A DNA stretch of 64,000 nt from Nitrospirota bacterium (GTDB lineage: Bacteria; Nitrospirota; Thermodesulfovibrionia; Thermodesulfovibrionales; UBA6898). Location: contig JACRMT010000023.1 of assembly GCA_016214855.1 (NCBI GenBank), positions 19,509-83,508 on the forward strand, read 5' to 3'. Made by a program: the position numbers and the translations under genes. The notes under the pieces were generated by a model that was not told where the DNA came from, searched no databases, and saw nothing but the letters and a program-made list of their open reading frames with translations. This document shows, piece by piece, positions 1 through 6,313 of this stretch. Every line of letters starts with the position of its first letter. Position 1 is the stretch's first letter.

Positions 1-210
1 ATACACGGCCATCATCTCGATGGCACATCAGGCCAGTCCGAACGTCATGGGCCACAGCGATGAGCTTCTTCCCCAGTTGATCAACTTGTCCATCGATGTG
101 ATAAGAATATTCGGCGCGAGAATCTTTACGCCTTCTTCAACTTCGACAAGCGACTGCGAAGGGGTGCTGAGGGTTGTGATCAATCCCATACAAATGCCTC
201 CTTTCTCCAT
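1..210 (-). CDS. nuoB: NADH-quinone oxidoreductase subunit B (NuoB/Nqo6), 5' part only; the gene runs off the left window edge
   Basis: The minus-strand ORF starts at 210. The translation ...[20 protein letters not shown] continues in frame to position 1 as CAIEMMAVY, which is the conserved NuoB N-terminal signature. It overlaps the nuoA stop. Confidence 0.85.
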
Positions 211-551
211 GCGTAGATGTACCCGACCAGCAGGATCACCATGAAGATGACCATCTCTATAAAGGCATAGAGCCCGATCTTGTCGAACACCACTGCCCAG
301 GGATAGAGAAACACCGCTTCAACATCGAACACAACAAACAGCATGGCAATAATATAGAACTTGACGGAAAACCTCATGTGAGGCCCGCCAACAGGAGCGT
401 TCCCGGATTCATAAGGCATAAGCTTCTCCGCATAAGGCCGCCTGAGACGAAGCAGTTCACCGATGAGCAATGAACCTATGCCGAAGGCCGTTGCGACCAT
501 CAGGAAGATGAGAACAGGCAAATATTCTGAAGGCATAAAAGTTCCGGGCAT
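180..551 (-). CDS. nuoA: NADH-quinone oxidoreductase subunit A (NuoA/Nqo7)
   Basis: 123 aa small membrane protein. It carries PYESG...RFSVKFY...[15 protein letters not shown], a typical NuoA pattern, and lies directly upstream of nuoB on the same strand. Confidence 0.9.
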   Translation of the reverse strand: MPGTFMPSEYLPVLIFLMVATAFGIGSLLIGELLRLRRPYAEKLMPYESGNAPVGGPHMRFSVKFYIIAMLFVVFDVEAVFLYPWAVVFDKIGLYAFIEMVIFMVILLVGYIYAWRKEAFVWD

Positions 552-663
552 AACGGTATAATTTTATAGGACATCCAAACTAATAAGTCAAGTAAAAAAA
601 TGAATCTCCAGCTTTAGGTTTTTTCTTGCTTTAATTGTTGTAAATGATATAAATTTTTTAGCG

Positions 664-2241
664 ATGCTCGTAAATAAATCTCTTAACTCACTGACCGGAA
701 AACTTATCCTGACCATCGGCACGCTCATGATCGCCGGAAGCATGCTCTTCTGGCTGTTCCTTTTCAAATACCAGGAGAAAGAACTCCTGCAGAGTTCCGT
801 AAAATACGGCTATTCCTTCGTTGACTATATCAGAAATACAACAAGATATGGAATGCTCTCTGCGCAGGGCCCGCTCATTCAGCAGACCGTCGAATCGGTC
901 GGTGTTGCAGAGGGCATCCAGAATGTGCGGATCTTCGACAGCAAAGGCAGGGTCGCCTATGCCTCCGACAGAAAGAATATCGACACCGTCCTTGACAAGA
1001 ACTCGCCGCTCTGCCTCAGATGCCATACCGCCTCCGGCCCGACAAAAGATACACCAAGCTGGCGTATTGCCAAAGGAGAAGTGCACCGGGTCCTGAACAT
1101 AGTCCAGCCGATATATAACGAGCCCGCCTGTTACAATGCCTCTTGCCATGTCCATCCTGCGAATCAGCGCATATTGGGCATTGTCGAAGTTGACCTTTCG
1201 CTCGAACTTCTCGATCACAGCATTAAACAGCAGGGCATTGCGATCACGGTCTATGTCCTGGCCTTTTCCATCGTGATCTCCGGCGTTCTCTGCATTATCA
1301 TCTGGAATTTTGTCTCTACTCCGGTATCGATCCTCGCACAGGGCATGAGAAAGGTTGCAGCAGGCGATCTCGACTTTAAAATAACGATCAACAGAAAAGA
1401 TGAGATCGGCGAACTCGCCAACACCTTTAATGCGATGAGCGACGAACTCAGGAAGGCAAAGAAGGAAAGCATGGAGTGGAGCAACACGCTCGAAAAGAAG
1501 GTGGAAGAGAAGACCGAGGCGATCCATCGGGCGCAGCAGCAGCTTATCCATTCGGAAAAGCTTGCATCCCTGGGAAGAATGGCAGCCGGCGTTGCGCATG
1601 AAATTAACAGTCCGCTTACCGGCATTGTGACCTTCGGACATCTCCTTCTGAAGAAGTTCCCGGAGGGCACTGAAGACCGGGAAGATATCGAGGTCATTAT
1701 CGACCAGGCAAACCGTTGCTCCAACATCATCAAAGGGCTTCTGGGGTTTGCCCGCGCAACAACTGCAGATAAGGCTCCGACAAATATCAATGACGTGCTG
1801 AACAGCACACTCAATATTGTCAAGAACAAGGCAGATTTCTTCAATATAAAACTTTCGACAAGTCTGGACCCTTCGCTTGCCATGGTCAAGGCGGACGCAC
1901 CGCAACTTCAGCAGGTCTTCCTGAATATGATCGTAAATGCGGCTGATGCATGCGAAGGAAAGGGTTCTATCACCATAACAACCTCAAATGTAAATGACAG
2001 CGGACAGGATTATGCCCAGATCGAATTCAGAGACACCGGACATGGCATTAAGGACGAAGCCCTCGAAAAGATCTTCGAGCCCTTCTTTACCACAAAACCT
2101 GTCGGCAAAGGCACAGGTCTTGGCCTTGCCGTGAGCCACGGCATCATACAGGACCATGGCGGGAAGATCACGATCAGCACAAAAATTGGTGAGGGCACCA
2201 GTTTCTTTATCTGGCTTCCGGCGCTGAAGGAGACCGCATGA
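664..2241 (+). CDS. Sensor histidine kinase: two TM helices flanking a periplasmic domain with CxxCH and Cx4CH motifs, then HAMP, HisKA and HATPase domains
   Basis: TM1 is LILTIGTLMIAGSMLFWLFLF and TM2 is ITVYVLAFSIVISGVLCIIIW. The HAMP region is (AAGDLDFKI...ELANTFNAM). The H-box is AAGVAHEINSPL, the N-box NMIVNAADA, and the G-boxes DTGHGI and GKGTGLGLAV. Confidence 0.85.
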   Translation: MLVNKSLNSLTGKLILTIGTLMIAGSMLFWLFLFKYQEKELLQSSVKYGYSFVDYIRNTTRYGMLSAQGPLIQQTVESVGVAEGIQNVRIFDSKGRVAYASDRKNIDTVLDKNSPLCLRCHTASGPTKDTPSWRIAKGEVHRVLNIVQPIYNEPACYNASCHVHPANQRILGIVEVDLSLELLDHSIKQQGIAITVYVLAFSIVISGVLCIIIWNFVSTPVSILAQGMRKVAAGDLDFKITINRKDEIGELANTFNAMSDELRKAKKESMEWSNTLEKKVEEKTEAIHRAQQQLIHSEKLASLGRMAAGVAHEINSPLTGIVTFGHLLLKKFPEGTEDREDIEVIIDQANRCSNIIKGLLGFARATTADKAPTNINDVLNSTLNIVKNKADFFNIKLSTSLDPSLAMVKADAPQLQQVFLNMIVNAADACEGKGSITITTSNVNDSGQDYAQIEFRDTGHGIKDEALEKIFEPFFTTKPVGKGTGLGLAVSHGIIQDHGGKITISTKIGEGTSFFIWLPALKETA

Positions 2242-2627
2242 GCAAGGGAAAGATTCTTGTCATAGATGATGAAGACATTGTGCGCTTGAGCTGCAGCCGT
2301 TCTCTTGTTCCCGAAGGATATGAGCTGAAAATGGCGAAGAACGGCCCTGAGGGTCTGAAGTTGCTCGAGGAAGAGACCTTTGATCTTGTGCTCACTGATC
2401 TCAAAATGCCGAACATGGACGGCATAGAGGTGCTGGGGACCATTAAGGAAAAGTGGCCGAAGACTGATGTGGTCATCGTTACCGGGTATCAGACCGTTGA
2501 AACCGCGGTAAAGGCGATCAAGATCGGCGCTTTCGACTATGTCGAAAAGCCCTTCACGCCTGATTCGCTCCTCGCAACCGTTGCAAACGTCTTTCGGACT
2601 CGAAAAGATAAGGGCCTTATTTCGTGA
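2238..2627 (+). CDS. Stand-alone response-regulator receiver (CheY-like)
   Basis: 129 aa. The motifs ILVIDDED...VLTDLKMPNMDG...VIVTGY...VEKPF give a complete phospho-acceptor constellation. The start overlaps the kinase stop (ATGA). Confidence 0.85.
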   Translation: MSKGKILVIDDEDIVRLSCSRSLVPEGYELKMAKNGPEGLKLLEEETFDLVLTDLKMPNMDGIEVLGTIKEKWPKTDVVIVTGYQTVETAVKAIKIGAFDYVEKPFTPDSLLATVANVFRTRKDKGLIS

Positions 2628-2675
2628 ACAGCAGAATAAGCGGAACAGCGCAAGCAGAGATAAAGGAGGGCAGTC

Positions 2676-3443
2676 ATGGAAAGTAAGGGTAAAATTCTGG
2701 TTCTTGACGATGATCCTGTCGTAACCCTGAGCTGCAAGAGGATCCTTGGCGCAGAGGGTTTTAATATCATCACCGTTGATAAGGGAGAAGACGCTATCAA
2801 GAAGGTATCCAATGAAGAGTTCGACCTTCTGATATCAGACGTAAGACTGCCTGACATGAACGGGATTTCGGTGCTGCGCGAAACAAAGATCGTTCAGCCC
2901 AAGCTTGACGTGGTGATCATTACCGGATACCCAACCCTTGATGAAGCAAAAGAGTCCGTCCGTTTAGGCGCCTTTGAATTTATCGAAAAACCGTTCACCC
3001 CTGACTTCATGCTGAATGTTGCACGGAAGGTATTCGATACCCGGGGATGGATACTGAGAAAGGCATTTATCGATGATTTCAGAAACGACATTGTCAATCT
3101 CCGTGACACCCAGAACCCGGTTCTGTTCTATAAGGAAGGCACTTGGGCGCGGCCGCTGAAAGACAACATATGGGAAGTCGGCTGCGATGCGCGCTACTGG
3201 CTCCTCGCCGGTCAGCTCGCATCCATAGAACTTCCTCAGAATCTGCGGACGATCATGGCAGGGGAAAGCTTTGGCAAGATTTTTTCGAGCAGCGGCCAGA
3301 CTGACGATCTGATCGCTCCCATGACAGGAAGAGTGAGAGAAGTCAACCATCATGCAAACACCGCCATGAGCGCACTGGTGCGTGACAACCTGAGCGAAGG
3401 CTGGCTTCTCTGGCTTGCCCGCATAGAACCGATCGCACTGTAA
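2676..3443 (+). CDS. Receiver domain fused to a GcvH-like (glycine cleavage H / lipoyl-domain fold) C-terminal domain that lacks the lipoyl lysine
   Basis: The N-terminal REC reads LVLDDD...LISDVRLPDMNG...IITGY...IEKPF. The C-terminus (YKEGTWARP...VGCDARYWLLAGQLASIELPQ...AGESFGKIFSSSGQTDDLIAPMTGRVREVN...SEGWLLWL) lines up with the GcvH core, but ESVKA is replaced by SSSGQ. Confidence 0.75.
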   Translation: MESKGKILVLDDDPVVTLSCKRILGAEGFNIITVDKGEDAIKKVSNEEFDLLISDVRLPDMNGISVLRETKIVQPKLDVVIITGYPTLDEAKESVRLGAFEFIEKPFTPDFMLNVARKVFDTRGWILRKAFIDDFRNDIVNLRDTQNPVLFYKEGTWARPLKDNIWEVGCDARYWLLAGQLASIELPQNLRTIMAGESFGKIFSSSGQTDDLIAPMTGRVREVNHHANTAMSALVRDNLSEGWLLWLARIEPIAL

Positions 3444-3467
3444 AAGAACTTCACTGAGGAGGATTAT

Positions 3468-4397
3468 ATGGCTGATGAACCCAGGATCCTGGTCGTTGAT
3501 GATGAGATAGTTGTCATCAAGAGCGCTGAACGGGTCCTCAAAAGCGAAGGCTATCAGATAGAGGGAGCTCTCGGAGGACGGGAAGCTATCCTGAAGATGG
3601 AGCAGGGAAATTACGATCTGGTCTTCACCGACCTGAAGATGCCGGAGGTGGATGGTATCACCCTTATTCGCTGGGTCAAAAAGTCCCGGCCGAACACAGG
3701 GATCGTCATCATCACAGGCTATCCGTCACAGGACACCATGAAGGAAGCGCTCGAACTCGGGATCATAGATTATGTGCCAAAGCCTTTTACACCTTCTGTC
3801 CTCCTTGACGTGACAAAAAGAGCCGTAGAGTGGGCTGAAGGAAGAAAACCTGCAGAGGAAAAAGGCCTTGAGGTCTTTCCCCCTGCCATGGCAGCAGAGA
3901 TAGACAGAGTAATCCGTGAATATCGCCATAAGCCGGGCTGCCTCATCCCCGTTCTCCAGAGAGCGCAGGAAATTGTGGGGTTTCTCCCGCCGGTCGTGCA
4001 GAAGAGGATAGCAAAGGGATTGAACGTGCCTCAGGCAGAGGTTCATAGCGTTGTCTCATTCTACTCGTTCTTCACCATGAAGCCCCGAGGCGATCATAAT
4101 ATCAGGGTATGTCTCGGAACAGCATGCTATGTCAAAGGGATTGAGGGCGTTGTCGGGAAGATCAGGGAAACGCTCAAGATCGATATCGGGGAGACAACAG
4201 ACGACAAGAAATTCTCTCTCGAAGGCGTCCGCTGCCTCGGCGCATGCGGCCTTGCACCCGTCATGGTCATAGATGAAGACACCTTCGGCAACATGTCTGC
4301 CAAAAAGGCGATCGAAGTGATCAATCGCTACTCACCTGTTGCAGCAGAAGCAGCTGCAGGCAATGAAGAGGAAGCGCTTGCAGGACAGGAGGAATGA
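3468..4397 (+). CDS. Receiver domain fused to a NuoE-like thioredoxin-fold [2Fe-2S] subunit (NuoE/HoxE/HydC family)
   Basis: The REC reads LVVDDE...VFTDLKMPEVDG...IITGY...VPKPF. The NuoE part reads LIPVLQRAQE...VVSFYSFF...RVCLGTACYVKG...CLGACGLAPVM, which supplies the four Cys ligands. A good RBS (GAGGAGG) precedes it. Confidence 0.85.
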   Translation: MADEPRILVVDDEIVVIKSAERVLKSEGYQIEGALGGREAILKMEQGNYDLVFTDLKMPEVDGITLIRWVKKSRPNTGIVIITGYPSQDTMKEALELGIIDYVPKPFTPSVLLDVTKRAVEWAEGRKPAEEKGLEVFPPAMAAEIDRVIREYRHKPGCLIPVLQRAQEIVGFLPPVVQKRIAKGLNVPQAEVHSVVSFYSFFTMKPRGDHNIRVCLGTACYVKGIEGVVGKIRETLKIDIGETTDDKKFSLEGVRCLGACGLAPVMVIDEDTFGNMSAKKAIEVINRYSPVAAEAAAGNEEEALAGQEE

Positions 4398-6313
4398 CCG
4401 TCATGACTAAACTGAATATAGAAGATCTTACTGCGCTCCATGAGAAGAACAAGGCAGCATTTGGACCTGACAGCGGCAAGTTCAAAACAAAGGTAACCGT
4501 GCATATGGGTACCTGCGGACTTGCGGCAGGAGCAAAGCAGGTTATGGACACGCTTGTCGAAGAGGTGAAGAACAACAGCATCACCGACATCCTGATTGCC
4601 TCATCAGGGTGCGCCGGCCTCTGCGGAAGAGAGCCAATCATGACGGTAGAGCAGCATGGAGCAGAGCCGGTCAAGTATTGCGACCTCAACAGTGAAAAGA
4701 CGCAAAAGATCGTAAAGGAGCATCTTGCCGGAGGTCAGGTGGTAACATCTATGGCCCTGCCTGCCAGGAAAGATATGCCCTTCATGAATCTGCAGGAGCT
4801 CCGTGTTCTCAGGAACACAGGCTTCATGGATCCTGAAAGCATCGATGAATATATTGCACGCGATGGGTACCTTGCAGCTGCAAAAGCCCTCACCAGGATG
4901 ACAACAGAAGATATCGTCAAAACGGTGAAGGACTCCGGCCTAAGAGGAAGGGGCGGTGCCGGCTTCCTTACCGGACTCAAGTGGGAGTTCGCTTCAAGGG
5001 TGCCTTCGGAAACAAAATACATGCTCTGTAACGGTGATGAGGGAGACCCTGGTGCCTTCATGGACAGATCAGTTATGGAGGCTGATCCTCACTCTGTCAT
5101 TGAGGGAATGATCATTGGCGCAAAAGCTATTGGAGCAAATTACGGATATATCTATGTCAGAGCTGAGTATCCGCTTGCGGTCAAGAGGCTGCAGATGGCC
5201 ATTGACAAGGCAACCGAGATGGGTCTTTTAGGCAAGAACATCCTGAATACCGGCTTTGACTTTGAGCTCAGTATCTATCTCGGAGCAGGGGCATTTGTCT
5301 GCGGCGAAGAGACTGCCCTGATGAGATCTCTTGAAGGGAAGCGCGGCATGCCAAGGCCCAGGCCGCCGTTCCCTGCAGTCAAGGGTCTCTGGGACAAGCC
5401 TTCGGTATTGAACAACGTCGAGACCCTGGCGCAGATAGCGCCGATCATTCTGAACGGCCCGGAATGGTACAGGACCGCAGGCACGGAAAAGAGCGCCGGC
5501 ACCAAGGTCTTTGCCCTCACGGGAGCAGTAAACAACGTCGGTCTCGTTGAAGTGCCGATGGGCATCCCGTTAAGACGGATCATATACGACATAGGCGGCG
5601 GAATAACGAAGGGACGGAAGTTTAAGTCTGTTCAGCTTGGCGGACCATCTGGAGGCTGCATACCGGAACATCTTCTCGATATCCCCGTAACATACGAAGA
5701 TATCATGGCTACCGGCGCCATTGTAGGGTCAGGCGGCATGGTTGTCATGGACGACAATACCTGTATGGTCGGGACTGCAAAGTTCTTTCTCGAGTTCACT
5801 GCTGACGAATCCTGCGGCAAGTGCACGCCCTGCAGAGTGGGCACAAAGATTCTCCTCGATATGCTTACAGATATAACAGAAGGCAAGGGCAGTGAGGGAG
5901 ATATAGAAACACTCGAAGATCTGAGCAGGGACATTATCACAACGTCACTCTGCGGTCTTGGACAGACGGCACCTAATCCTGTGCTTTCGACGCTGCGCTA
6001 CTTCAAGGATGAATATGAATCTCATATAAGACATAAGTGGTGCAAGGCAGGGGTATGCAGGAATCTCACTACCTTCATGATCGACGAGAAACTCTGTAAG
6101 GCCTGCGGAGCATGTCTCAGGGCGTGTCCGGCAAAGGCAATAGTCGGAGAGAAGAAGGTGCCGCACAAGATCATCCAGGAACTCTGCGTGCATTGCAGAT
6201 CCTGCTTTGATACGTGCAAGTTCAACTCGATCAGGATCCTGCCGGCCGGCTTTGAAGGCGACCCGACCGAGTTCCTCGAAAAGGCCTCAGCAGGCAATAA
6301 GGAGGTCAAGTAA
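4394..6313 (+). CDS. NuoF-like NADH-binding flavoprotein with an extra N-terminal Trx-like [2Fe-2S] domain and a C-terminal 2x[4Fe-4S] domain (HydB/HndC-type architecture)
   Basis: The FMN/NADH motifs GLRGRGGAGF and GEETALMRSLEG are present. The N3 cluster is CGKCTPCR...LCGLGQTAPNP. The N-terminal 2Fe-2S region reads MGTCGLAAG...CAGLCGREP. The C-terminal motifs are CKACGACLRACP and CVHCRSCFDTC. The start overlaps the upstream stop (ATGA). Confidence 0.9.
   Translation: MTVMTKLNIEDLTALHEKNKAAFGPDSGKFKTKVTVHMGTCGLAAGAKQVMDTLVEEVKNNSITDILIASSGCAGLCGREPIMTVEQHGAEPVKYCDLNSEKTQKIVKEHLAGGQVVTSMALPARKDMPFMNLQELRVLRNTGFMDPESIDEYIARDGYLAAAKALTRMTTEDIVKTVKDSGLRGRGGAGFLTGLKWEFASRVPSETKYMLCNGDEGDPGAFMDRSVMEADPHSVIEGMIIGAKAIGANYGYIYVRAEYPLAVKRLQMAIDKATEMGLLGKNILNTGFDFELSIYLGAGAFVCGEETALMRSLEGKRGMPRPRPPFPAVKGLWDKPSVLNNVETLAQIAPIILNGPEWYRTAGTEKSAGTKVFALTGAVNNVGLVEVPMGIPLRRIIYDIGGGITKGRKFKSVQLGGPSGGCIPEHLLDIPVTYEDIMATGAIVGSGGMVVMDDNTCMVGTAKFFLEFTADESCGKCTPCRVGTKILLDMLTDITEGKGSEGDIETLEDLSRDIITTSLCGLGQTAPNPVLSTLRYFKDEYESHIRHKWCKAGVCRNLTTFMIDEKLCKACGACLRACPAKAIVGEKKVPHKIIQELCVHCRSCFDTCKFNSIRILPAGFEGDPTEFLEKASAGNKEVK

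Noticed and set aside
688-1905. A 405-aa antisense ORF lies inside the histidine kinase gene. Similar long antisense ORFs occur at 15362-16258 (opposite murA), 29202-30134 (opposite recJ), 45565-46143 (opposite the HEAT protein gene) and 52652-53500 (opposite GH15).
   Set aside because: Each lies entirely opposite a gene with clear family motifs. The translations are low-complexity, Arg/Ser/Cys-rich and carry no recognisable motifs or RBS. They are most likely stop-codon-poor shadow frames.
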